Shown: in pieces, positions 55,931 through 64,000 of the stretch
Position numbering within the stretch: the stretch's first letter is position 1
Layout: every line of letters begins with the position of its first letter
Origin: an uncultured Oscillospiraceae bacterium
GTDB taxonomy: Bacteria; Bacillota; Clostridia; Oscillospirales; Ruminococcaceae
Length of the DNA stretch: 64,000 bases
Direction: 5' to 3'
Assembly: GCA_964369645.1 (NCBI GenBank)
Contig: CAYJFO010000001.1
Location: 703-64,702 of the forward strand
Program-made: the position numbers and the translations under genes
The notes under the pieces: model-generated
Seen by the model: only the letters and a program-made list of their open reading frames with translations
The model's database searches: none
What the model was told of the DNA's origin: nothing

Positions 55931-57148
55931 ATGTTAAAAACAAAATATAATCAACTACCGTTTGTTTTCTTTTGTATCATTGCTTCAATTGCCATGGCGG
56001 TTATGTTCACTCAAGTCGGGGTCTTTCACGAGCAAGTCGACTTTTCGGCACACAACCTCTCGGCAATAGAACTCTATGAAACGCCAATATCAAAGATGTC
56101 TTATCCTTTGATAGTTGGATATCCTTTGATGCACACAACGCTAAAACTTTTGGGCCAAGCCGTTTGTTTTTTGTCTTTCGGTTCTTTCTCTTTAAGCTTT
56201 GCAACCGACATAGCTTCGGTAGCGTTAGCAACGATTTTTAACCTCTTGACCATTATACTGGTTCGATTTATACTAAACAACCTCTTCCCACCCTCAAACA
56301 AAAAAATTCTCTATCTTTATGATTGTATAAGTGTTACCTCTGTTTTTATCATGGGTATTTGTGGCTACTTGACTAACTTCAAGTTCTATCTTCCCCAAGG
56401 CGGCCCAAACGTTTGGCACAACCCGACGTTTATCTTTGTTCGTCCATTCGGTCTTTTAACGTTTTATCTTTTTATAAAGGCCTTCGAGGCGATTAAATCG
56501 GGCAAAGACTACAAAAAAAAGCTCTTTTGGTTTTCGTTAGTGCTTGTTATTAGTTGTATTGCAAAGCCCAACTATGCTTTTGTGTTACTCCCGGCCATGG
56601 GAATACTAACGTTGATTGAACTTTCAAACAACTTTGTCCACAAACTTAAAACTATAGGAATTCCGCTTCTTTTGTCCGTTTTGCCGGCCGGAATTATTTT
56701 GATTTTACAGTTTGTCTATGTAACCGGCACATTTGCAAGCGGCAACGTTTATACAATTATAAAATTCGGATCCCAGTTTAACATGTCATTTTGGGTATCA
56801 ATAAAAGCGATCATCTCTCTTTTGTCAATACCGATATTAGTTTTTGTAACGTTTGGATACAAATATATTAAAAGGGAACCGGCCTATATTCTTTCGGTTC
56901 TAACTGTTTTTATTGGTTTCTTGCAATACTATTTCTTGTATCAAACCGGCCCCTCACATGGCGACTATTTCTGGGGATATGGTCTTTCTGCTCATCTTGC
57001 GATATTTGTTTCGTTAGGTCTTTTGTTTAAACATAATGCAAATAAACTACTTATTAATTCATCTATAGTTATATATCTTTTCCAACTATACTATGGTCTC
57101 CAGTATTTTATAGGCATTCTTTTAGGACAAGATTTTATTGGTTTATAA
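55931..57148 (+). CDS. Polytopic membrane protein, tandem paralog 3 of 3
   Basis: GICGYLTNFKFYLPQGGPNVWHNPTFIFVRPFGL, CIAKPNYAFVLLPAMGILTLIELSNNF and YQTGPSHGDYFWGYGL. The first loop reads EQVDFSAH. Confidence 0.5.
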   Translation: MLKTKYNQLPFVFFCIIASIAMAVMFTQVGVFHEQVDFSAHNLSAIELYETPISKMSYPLIVGYPLMHTTLKLLGQAVCFLSFGSFSLSFATDIASVALATIFNLLTIILVRFILNNLFPPSNKKILYLYDCISVTSVFIMGICGYLTNFKFYLPQGGPNVWHNPTFIFVRPFGLLTFYLFIKAFEAIKSGKDYKKKLFWFSLVLVISCIAKPNYAFVLLPAMGILTLIELSNNFVHKLKTIGIPLLLSVLPAGIILILQFVYVTGTFASGNVYTIIKFGSQFNMSFWVSIKAIISLLSIPILVFVTFGYKYIKREPAYILSVLTVFIGFLQYYFLYQTGPSHGDYFWGYGLSAHLAIFVSLGLLFKHNANKLLINSSIVIYLFQLYYGLQYFIGILLGQDFIGL

Positions 57149-57181
57149 TTTAGTATTCCTAGTATTACACCGGTGGTTTAT

Positions 57182-58711
57182 ATGTTAAAAAACAAAAAAC
57201 AACTGAATAACGTTTTCTCGTTGCTTTTTATCTTCTCGCCGTTGATAGGCGTAGTTTTGTTGTGCGCTTTTCAAGGCAACTCGTTTTCCAACATATTTTT
57301 ACCAAACTCCCTTTGGGGCGACGAGCTGTTATACTTCAAACAGATAGAAGCTATTATCCATTTCGGTATCCCCCACGGGTACTTTGGATATAACGAAACT
57401 CCCGCTAGTCTGTTGACTTTTGGCGCTTGGAGCCCGATGTTGCTTTTGCCACATGTGGTTTTGGGAAGTTTGTTCGGTTGGAGCATCTATTCGCCTATTA
57501 TCTATAATCTTGTTATGGTTATCTTTTCCCTTGCAATCTTTGTAATATTAACCTCTCCAAGTTTGTATCAAAAAATCTGCCTTTCAATCTTTGTGTGCAG
57601 TTACACCTTTTTAAGCAGATTTATAGTTTCAAGCATGATGGAGGCATTAAATTTTTCTGCGCTAATCCTTCTTCTTTCTCTTTTTCTATATATTATTGAA
57701 TTTAGTAAAAGTTCGATATCAGTTTACTTTTACCTTGGAATTGCGTTGTATTTTACGATGTCAAGGCCGTATTACGTTGTATTTATAATTCCCGTTTTAG
57801 TTTATTGTTTTCTTAAAAAGAAATATACTATATGTTTTGTTTCGATATTTTTCTCATTGTTCGCACTTGTAAGTTTTTATTGGATAGAAAAAAACCTCTT
57901 AGCCCCTCGATTTGAACAAGGGTTAACCCCGTCTACCTTTGATATATTCACACATAATGGTTTGTTTGGAGTAGTTGAACATTATATAAACTTGATAGCA
58001 AGCGGGTTTGTCGAAATGTTCACCCTGTTTTATTATGAAGATGTCTTTGGTATGACTTCAATTATATATTTTTTCACACTTTGCCAAATACTAATGCTTG
58101 TCTGTGCCTCAACAAAAGTTGACAAAACACGTCGAGAGGTAAAGCTAGCGTTGATAGCAGTTGCGTTTACTATAATTTTGTTGATAGTTATAATGTTCTG
58201 TTTTTATCCCGTGTACAACGGTGCACGACACATTGCGCCAATGGCATTTGTTTCGGTTTTTATCGTTGCTAGATATAGCAAAGAAATAAGCGTTATCAAC
58301 GTTGCGTTGTCGTTCATCTTTTTTGTTTTTCTAGCTCCATTCGGCAAAACATATAACTATAACTTTGACATTCCGTTCGGAACAGCTCAAGATTTCGAGG
58401 CCTATACAGAAATATCACAAGAGATGTTCAACATAATGAAAAATCCTATAAGCGAAAACAGTTGGGACAACACGGTTGCATTTTTATCACCTGACTACGA
58501 TGCTTCAAACGCAACCTTAAGCGACTCACCGTATAGGCCGCTTTATTCAATACCAGCCGGTTATGGGATAAACTATCTTGACATTGACAATTACAAAACT
58601 GACCACGATTTAAGCGACATTATGTCGGGGTATATAATAACTTTTCCAAAAAACGCTCCCGCCAGTACGCCATTGCTTAGTATCGACAACTATGTTCTAA
58701 TTAAAAATTAA
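57182..58711 (+). CDS. Polytopic membrane protein, GT-C-like candidate
   Basis: ~12 TM helices. The loop after TM1 reads NSLWGDELLYFKQIEAI. A C-terminal ~130-aa soluble domain follows. The ATG at 57182 lies after a GGTGG SD. Confidence 0.45.
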   Translation: MLKNKKQLNNVFSLLFIFSPLIGVVLLCAFQGNSFSNIFLPNSLWGDELLYFKQIEAIIHFGIPHGYFGYNETPASLLTFGAWSPMLLLPHVVLGSLFGWSIYSPIIYNLVMVIFSLAIFVILTSPSLYQKICLSIFVCSYTFLSRFIVSSMMEALNFSALILLLSLFLYIIEFSKSSISVYFYLGIALYFTMSRPYYVVFIIPVLVYCFLKKKYTICFVSIFFSLFALVSFYWIEKNLLAPRFEQGLTPSTFDIFTHNGLFGVVEHYINLIASGFVEMFTLFYYEDVFGMTSIIYFFTLCQILMLVCASTKVDKTRREVKLALIAVAFTIILLIVIMFCFYPVYNGARHIAPMAFVSVFIVARYSKEISVINVALSFIFFVFLAPFGKTYNYNFDIPFGTAQDFEAYTEISQEMFNIMKNPISENSWDNTVAFLSPDYDASNATLSDSPYRPLYSIPAGYGINYLDIDNYKTDHDLSDIMSGYIITFPKNAPASTPLLSIDNYVLIKN

Positions 58712-58738
58712 ATCTATCGTTTGAAATTGGAGAATTCT

Positions 58739-60142
58739 ATGCAACTTAATATATCCCGCGGACCGCTCAAAACTATTACAAATTTTATAATAGTTTTTGT
58801 GTTTGTGTTCATACTAATTTTGATTTCTGGAAGAAACATCGAGACAGTGTCGATAATGGACGCCTCACATTATTACAACGCGTCACAGTCGTTCGACCGT
58901 GGCGAGGGATTTTCATTTTTAAACTATAACGGAGACTATCGTGGATATTTCTTTCCGTTTTTGCTATATCTTTTCACTAACATAGTCCCCATCGTTTCGC
59001 CAAAAATCATAAGTTCTCTTCTGTCTTCTATAGTTTTTTCAGCAGTAATGGTCTATTTTATTAACAAGCTTTTGGGTTGTAAATTTAGCCTAATCAAAAC
59101 TCTGTTGAGCTGTTCGGTATTTATATATTTCTTTTCAGATCTTTTAATATATCCTTTGTCCGATATATATTCTTTTTCGCTAATGCTAATATCGGCAATA
59201 TTAATCTTTGAACTTAAAACAGAAAAATTTATAGTCGGTTGTGTTATGGCTTTCTTCTCGGGTTTTTTGTTCTATGGGGCATATAACACCCGTTCGGTCT
59301 ATATTTTTTCTTTCTTCATTTTAATTATTTTGTTTGCAAAAAAAATCTTTAGCGACAGGAAATATGCTTTGTTGTTGTTACCGTTTACTCTTGGCCTTTT
59401 CGTGTCGGCTTTTCCACAGATGTATATACATTTTTCCTTTGGGCTTGGGTTTACGCCATTTTTACAAACCGCAGTTTCTGGTATGGAAAACGGGCTTGTC
59501 ATGTTTCAACTCAACGCAGGGCTTTATGGACAAAAATATGAAACTTTTATCGGAAGCGAGGAGCTTTACGGCTCGGCGGCCATGATGTTTTTTGACCCTG
59601 TCATGCAACAACTTCTTGAAGAACGCGAACAACTTTGGGAGATAACTAGCTTTTCGGAATACTTCGCGGTTATCTTGAAATATCCTATTGAATATATTAT
59701 TTTGATTTTCAAACATTTCATCAACCTTTTAAACCCTATCTACAACAGGGTCTATGTCACCGACATAAGGGTCCGAACCTATCCGCTTGTTTTAAATTTT
59801 ATTATTTATTTTTTGGTAACATCGGATATTTTGTTAAAGCTTAGGGGTAAAAAATTCAACTTAAAGAAGATTCTTGGCGATCGTTTGTTGATTGTCTATT
59901 CCCTTTTTGTTCCCGTTGTTTTTTCAATTCCGGGAGTTGTCGAAACGCGATATGCAATGCAACTTTACATCCTCGTATTTTGCTATTTCTTTTATGTCAC
60001 AGACTTTAAAGCTTTATTTTTAGATTTTAAGAAAAACTGGCTTTTATATTCATTTTTGTTTGTGCTAACCGCGATGTTTAACTTCACAATTATAAGCAAC
60101 CTTTTATCAAACATCAAATATGCAATAGTTTGGCTAAGTTAA
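58739..60142 (+). CDS. Polytopic membrane protein, GT-C (PMT_2-like) candidate
   Basis: The loop after TM1 reads SIMDASHYYNASQSFDRGEGF. ~12 TM helices. The ATG at 58739 lies 6 nt after a GGAG SD. Confidence 0.45.
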   Translation: MQLNISRGPLKTITNFIIVFVFVFILILISGRNIETVSIMDASHYYNASQSFDRGEGFSFLNYNGDYRGYFFPFLLYLFTNIVPIVSPKIISSLLSSIVFSAVMVYFINKLLGCKFSLIKTLLSCSVFIYFFSDLLIYPLSDIYSFSLMLISAILIFELKTEKFIVGCVMAFFSGFLFYGAYNTRSVYIFSFFILIILFAKKIFSDRKYALLLLPFTLGLFVSAFPQMYIHFSFGLGFTPFLQTAVSGMENGLVMFQLNAGLYGQKYETFIGSEELYGSAAMMFFDPVMQQLLEEREQLWEITSFSEYFAVILKYPIEYIILIFKHFINLLNPIYNRVYVTDIRVRTYPLVLNFIIYFLVTSDILLKLRGKKFNLKKILGDRLLIVYSLFVPVVFSIPGVVETRYAMQLYILVFCYFFYVTDFKALFLDFKKNWLLYSFLFVLTAMFNFTIISNLLSNIKYAIVWLS

Positions 60143-60263
60143 AATATATTAAGTTTACAAATAAATTTCAAGCAGCAGGTTTTTTCTTTTACAAAACCGC
60201 TTTTAACCGTTGCTGTTTTGATGTGAAACAACAGTTCATATCAAAGAAAGGACAATTATAACC

Positions 60264-61361
60264 ATGAAAATAATGCCCAACAACTTAAAAAGACAATATG
60301 ATTTACACGCTTCAGAATACGAACAAGCAGCCCTTTCGGTTTTAAGAAGCGGTTGGTATATCCTTGGCAAAGAGGTCGAGGAATTTGAAAAAGAGTTTGC
60401 AAGTTACACTGGTTCTAAATACTGTGTAGGTCTTGCGAGCGGACTTGATGCGCTTTGGATATCGTTAAGGATTCTCGGAATCGGTAAGGGTGACGAGGTT
60501 ATCGTTGCCGGCAACGCATACATTGCGTGCGTAATGGGGATTTCGATGAACGAAGCCACCCCCGTATTTGTCGAACCAGATCAATATGACAACATCGACG
60601 CAGACAAGATTGAAGATGCAATAACCAAAAACACAAAAGCCATTCTCCCTGTGCATCTATTTGGCCAAAGTTGCGACATGACGGCTATAACAAAGATAGC
60701 AAAAAAACACAACCTTATGGTTGTTGAAGACTGTGCTCAAAGCCACGGAACATTTTGGAGCGGAAAAATGTTAGGGTCGATAGGCAATATCGGTTGCTTT
60801 AGTTTTTACCCGTCCAAAGGTTGCGGAGCTTTTGGCGACGCCGGCGCAATTGTGACCGACGACCAAGAGATAGCAAACAAGTTTAAAGCTTTTCGCAACT
60901 ACGGAAGTAGCAAAAGATACTATAACGATTTTGTCGGCGCAAATAGCCGCCTTGACGAACTTCAAGCGGGACTTTTAAGGGTTAAACTATCCCACATGGA
61001 CGAGCTTAATGCCGAACGAGTTACCATTGCGACAAGATATCTTAACGAGATTAAGAATCCATTAGTATCGCTTCCCAAAACGCGCCCCGGCTCAACCAAC
61101 ACTTGGCACCAATTCACGTTACACAGCGACAAACGAGACGAGCTTATTCAACACCTTGCATCGTTTGACATCGGAACTATTATACACTACCCTGTTCCTC
61201 CCCATCTTTCTAAAGCATATGCCTATCTAAACGTCCAAAAAGGAACGCTTCCTATAACAGAAAAATGTGCCGACACTATCGTTTCTATCCCGATGTACAA
61301 CGGGATGACAAGCGACGAGATAGACTATGTAATAGAAAAGATTAACGATTTCGGTGTATAG
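60264..61361 (+). CDS. DegT/DnrJ/EryC1/StrS (ArnB/FdtB-type) PLP-dependent sugar aminotransferase
   Basis: Fold-type I sugar aminotransferase pattern: GKEVEEFEKEFA, GLDAL, a PLP-lysine region in FSFYPSKGCGAFGDAG, and NSRLDELQA. Confidence 0.88.
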   Translation: MKIMPNNLKRQYDLHASEYEQAALSVLRSGWYILGKEVEEFEKEFASYTGSKYCVGLASGLDALWISLRILGIGKGDEVIVAGNAYIACVMGISMNEATPVFVEPDQYDNIDADKIEDAITKNTKAILPVHLFGQSCDMTAITKIAKKHNLMVVEDCAQSHGTFWSGKMLGSIGNIGCFSFYPSKGCGAFGDAGAIVTDDQEIANKFKAFRNYGSSKRYYNDFVGANSRLDELQAGLLRVKLSHMDELNAERVTIATRYLNEIKNPLVSLPKTRPGSTNTWHQFTLHSDKRDELIQHLASFDIGTIIHYPVPPHLSKAYAYLNVQKGTLPITEKCADTIVSIPMYNGMTSDEIDYVIEKINDFGV

Positions 61362-61393
61362 CATTTAACATCCAAGAAAGGGTTGTCACGTAT

Positions 61394-61903
61394 ATGATTA
61401 AATTAAGACGTTTGGAAAAAAAAGATGTTCCTTTCATACTCGAATGGATGAAGGACGACGAACTTAACCAGTTTTTTCGTTTTGATGCAAAAACTATTAC
61501 TGAACAAACAGTACTAAACTTTGTCGAAAATTCTTTTTCAGACATTTCTAAAAACTACGCTATTACACTTGACGACGACGAATATCTCGGAACCATTAGT
61601 CTTAAAGAGATTAACCAAAAAGACAAAAGCACCGAATATGCCGTTGCTCTTCGCAAAAAAGCCATTGGAAAAGGTGTCGCAAAAAGCGCCACCCTCGAGG
61701 TTTTGAAAACTGCATTTAAAGACCTTAAACTTAACAAAGTATATCTTAATGTATACGCCGACAATTTAAGGGCAGCAAAACTTTATGAAAAATGCGGCTT
61801 TAAAAAAACCGGCTACCTTAAACAACATGTCTACCTTAACGGTGTCTATAAAGATTTGTTGTTGTATGAAATTTTAAGTGAGGAATTCAGTTATGAACGT
61901 TAA
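61394..61903 (+). CDS. GNAT family N-acetyltransferase
   Basis: 169 aa. LRRLEKKDVPFILEWM at the N-terminus and the acetyl-CoA loop RKKAIGKGVAKSA (Q/RxxGxG/A). Confidence 0.8.
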   Translation: MIKLRRLEKKDVPFILEWMKDDELNQFFRFDAKTITEQTVLNFVENSFSDISKNYAITLDDDEYLGTISLKEINQKDKSTEYAVALRKKAIGKGVAKSATLEVLKTAFKDLKLNKVYLNVYADNLRAAKLYEKCGFKKTGYLKQHVYLNGVYKDLLLYEILSEEFSYER

Positions 61904-62300
61904 ACCTTTTATGCTTAATTTTAAACAGATGGGGGACGAACGAGGCCAACTTGTAGTTATCGAACAGCTTAAAGATGTCCCATTTGAGATAAAAAGGATC
62001 TTCTACATCTATGGCAGCGACCCCGATGTCGTACGCGGACAACATGCAAACCGGAAAACCCAGTTTGTACTTATAAACCTTTCGGGCAAAAGCAAGGTTA
62101 AAACGGACGACGGAAAAGGAAATGTTCAGATTTTTGAACTTAACGAGCCGCATATAGGGGTATATCTTCCAACAATGCTCTGGAAAGACATGTACGATTT
62201 CAGCAGCGATTCGGTGCTTCTTTGTGTTGCAAGCGAAACATATGATGCCGATGAATACATGAGGGATTTTGATGAATTCGTTAAGGAAGTGAATAGATAA
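61893..62300 (+). CDS. FdtA/WxcM-type cupin, dTDP-4-dehydro-6-deoxyhexose 3,4-ketoisomerase-like
   Basis: DERGQLVVIEQ..VPFEIKRIFYIYG..VRGQHANRK..VLIN.SG is colinear with FdtA (DSRGSLVAIE..IPFSIKRVYYIFD..PRGFHAHKK). The ATG at 61893 lies 7 nt after a GAGGAA SD. Confidence 0.8.
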   Translation: MNVKPFMLNFKQMGDERGQLVVIEQLKDVPFEIKRIFYIYGSDPDVVRGQHANRKTQFVLINLSGKSKVKTDDGKGNVQIFELNEPHIGVYLPTMLWKDMYDFSSDSVLLCVASETYDADEYMRDFDEFVKEVNR

Positions 62301-63244
62301 TGAGCAAACTATCAATAATTATACCTGTATACTACAACAGCGAAAACCTCATGCCGTTGTACGACGACATAAAAAAAGAGCTAATCGATAAAGCCGACTT
62401 TGAATACGAGATAGTCATGGTTGACGACGGGTCAAATGATGACAGTTTCGAGGTCATGACAAAACTCGCCGAAATTGATAGCAACATTAAAACGATTAAA
62501 CTTTCACGTAACTTCGGAAGTCACGCTGCAATTCTTTGCGGTTTAAACAACTGTACAGGCGACTGTGCCGTAATAAAAGCCGCCGACCTCCAAGAACCCA
62601 CCTCGCTTTTGGTAGACATGTTTCGCGAATGGCAAAAAGGTTTTAACGTTGTTTTGGCGGTGCGAAGCGGACGAGACGAGACAAAATCAAAAACATTTTT
62701 TGCAAACTTTTATTATTGGTTGGTTAGAAACTATGCTCTTTCCGAGATGCCGAAAAACGGCTTTGATATCTTTTTAATCGACAGAAAAGTTATTCAAGTG
62801 CTAGAACTTATGGACGAAAAAAACACCGCGATAACGGGCCAGATTTTGTGGTCTGGATTTAAGACTTCGACGGTTGAATATATGCGAAAAGCGCGCGAGA
62901 TAGGCAAAAGTCGTTGGACATTAAAGAAAAAAATCAAACTCGTTAAAGACACTTTGTTTAGTTTCTCAACCCTTCCGATAACTGCAGTTTGGGTTACGGG
63001 AATTATTTCTTGCATCTTTTCGCTATCTCTTAGTATATATTCTTTGGTTGGGCGGCTCACAAATAATATACCGGTAAGCGGGTATACAACGCTTATAATA
63101 GTAAGTTTACTTTCTCTTGGAATAATCATGTTAACGCTTGGTGTCATATGTGAATATCTTTACCGAACGTTTGATGGGGCAAGAAACCGACCTGTTTACA
63201 TCGAAGAAAAACGTATAAGTGACTCGAAAGATTTAAAACGATGA
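62300..63244 (+). CDS. Family 2 glycosyltransferase with two C-terminal TM helices (GtrB/ArnC-type polyprenyl-phosphate sugar transferase)
   Basis: LSIIIPVYYNSENL, VDDGSNDDS, KLSRNFGSHAA and AADLQEP, with the C-terminal helices TAVWVTGIISCIFSLSLSIY and TLIIVSLLSLGIIMLTLGVI. There is a TAATG overlap with the upstream gene. Confidence 0.85.
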   Translation: MSKLSIIIPVYYNSENLMPLYDDIKKELIDKADFEYEIVMVDDGSNDDSFEVMTKLAEIDSNIKTIKLSRNFGSHAAILCGLNNCTGDCAVIKAADLQEPTSLLVDMFREWQKGFNVVLAVRSGRDETKSKTFFANFYYWLVRNYALSEMPKNGFDIFLIDRKVIQVLELMDEKNTAITGQILWSGFKTSTVEYMRKAREIGKSRWTLKKKIKLVKDTLFSFSTLPITAVWVTGIISCIFSLSLSIYSLVGRLTNNIPVSGYTTLIIVSLLSLGIIMLTLGVICEYLYRTFDGARNRPVYIEEKRISDSKDLKR

Positions 63245-64000
63245 AACTTAGCCTTTTATTGAAAAACATTTTTTCCGCTGTGTTTTTAATGCTCTTGTTG
63301 CCGCTTGCCATAACAGCTTTCACCCATTCCGTAACATTTGGCTTTTCGCTTGTATTTTTTTGCGTGATGTGTGTTTGCGTTTTGGTAGCACTTTTAGCTT
63401 GCAAAGATTATTTAAAATTTTTAAATAATCTTTCTGCAAAAAAAACTGTTTTACTATTTTGCTTGCTGTTAGGTCTTGCATCTATCGTTCAAGTTGACTA
63501 TGCGTTAAACAACCACGTCTACCCGGCAGCGGATTTCGAGGCCATATTTACCGGCGCAAAAGAAGCTATTGGAAACGGATTTAAATTAACAGAAAGCAAC
63601 ACATATTTTTTGTGGTATCCGTTTAATCGTGGAGCTTTGTTTTTCCAAATCTTTACCGATTATATAACATATAAACTTTTTGGAATACTCCCCGGAAACG
63701 TTGTTGCCAATAATATTGTGAATATAATCTGTATAAACGTTGGGATTACCTTTGCTTTCTTGTGTGCAAAAAAAATATACGGAAACTATATTTCCCTTGT
63801 TTTTTCTGCACTGCTTTTTTTGTTTTTGCCGTACTACGCAATGATCCCTTACTTTTATTCACACACCTATTGTTTCCCGTTTATATCGGCTAGTTTATTT
63901 TTTATAGTTAGATATTATTATGCCATAGATACTCGTCAGCGTATAACATCTCTTATGTTAAGCGGTGTTTTTTGCGCAGTAGCCGCAATTCTTTACAGCA
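63241..64000 (+). CDS. Polytopic membrane protein, 5-prime partial (runs off the window), ArnT/GT-C-like candidate
   Basis: The ATG at 63241 overlaps the GT2 stop (ATGA). The frame stays open for 253 codons to the window end. Several TM helices are present, and the loop after TM2 reads YPAADFEAIFTGAKEAI. This ORF is not listed in the ORF track. Confidence 0.55.
   Translation, partial: MKLSLLLKNIFSAVFLMLLLPLAITAFTHSVTFGFSLVFFCVMCVCVLVALLACKDYLKFLNNLSAKKTVLLFCLLLGLASIVQVDYALNNHVYPAADFEAIFTGAKEAIGNGFKLTESNTYFLWYPFNRGALFFQIFTDYITYKLFGILPGNVVANNIVNIICINVGITFAFLCAKKIYGNYISLVFSALLFLFLPYYAMIPYFYSHTYCFPFISASLFFIVRYYYAIDTRQRITSLMLSGVFCAVAAILYS

Noticed and set aside
1-64000. I scanned for CRISPR arrays, IS elements or transposases, integrases, prophage genes, toxin-antitoxin pairs and known defence-system hallmarks.
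   Set aside because: There are no arrays of regularly spaced repeats; the only repeats are the two-copy 15-mer and the tRNA-end copies. None of the translated ORFs shows transposase, integrase, nuclease or reverse-transcriptase motifs.

Overview
This is a 64-kb chromosomal segment from a low-GC Gram-positive bacterium (Bacillota, Clostridia-like by gene content; taxonomy is inference only). It uses the standard genetic code, is densely coding, and most genes have a Shine-Dalgarno (SD) site. I saw no rRNA, CRISPR array, transposase, integrase or phage genes. All function assignments come from motifs read by eye in the translated ORFs; no database search was possible.

1-30 kb is mostly minus-strand housekeeping: a dual-SBP GGDEF sensor, tRNA-Ser(GCU), a GtrB/CsbB-like GT2, lgt, an M16 peptidase pair, hom-thrB-lysC, a plus-strand GT4-GT2-cat operon, cca, a GPH symporter, an S33 hydrolase, a D,D-carboxypeptidase, recG, a DAK2/FakA-like protein, Asp23, ymdB and rny. 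A Thr T-box leader with thrS and tRNA-Lys(UUU) follow.

30-39.6 kb holds an RCK_C membrane protein, an EamA transporter, an SPL-type radical SAM enzyme, a large DUF4153-like membrane protein, a YozG-type HTH plus DUF2975-like pair, two adjacent radical SAM enzymes (SPASM-like and HemN-like) and a lipoprotein MsrAB.

The most unusual loci are:
(1) 39.9-44.5 kb: a three-gene operon of Q/N/P-rich low-complexity proteins built on an ABC-2 transporter skeleton whose ATPase fold has lost every catalytic motif.
(2) 46.2-64 kb: an envelope-glycosylation island with at least eight polytopic GT-C-like membrane proteins (YfhO, three tandem paralogs, four others). It also carries an Arn-like module: DegT aminotransferase, GNAT, FdtA-like isomerase, Und-P-type GT2 and an ArnT-like partial ORF.
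(3) Several non-coding oddities: an inverted 28-nt duplication of the tRNA-Ser 3-prime end; an orphan promoter-terminator unit with a CCUCC motif overlapped by WalR-type hexamer repeats; a G-rich quadruplex/hairpin island in an AT-rich spacer; and short leaderless or SD-led upstream ORFs.
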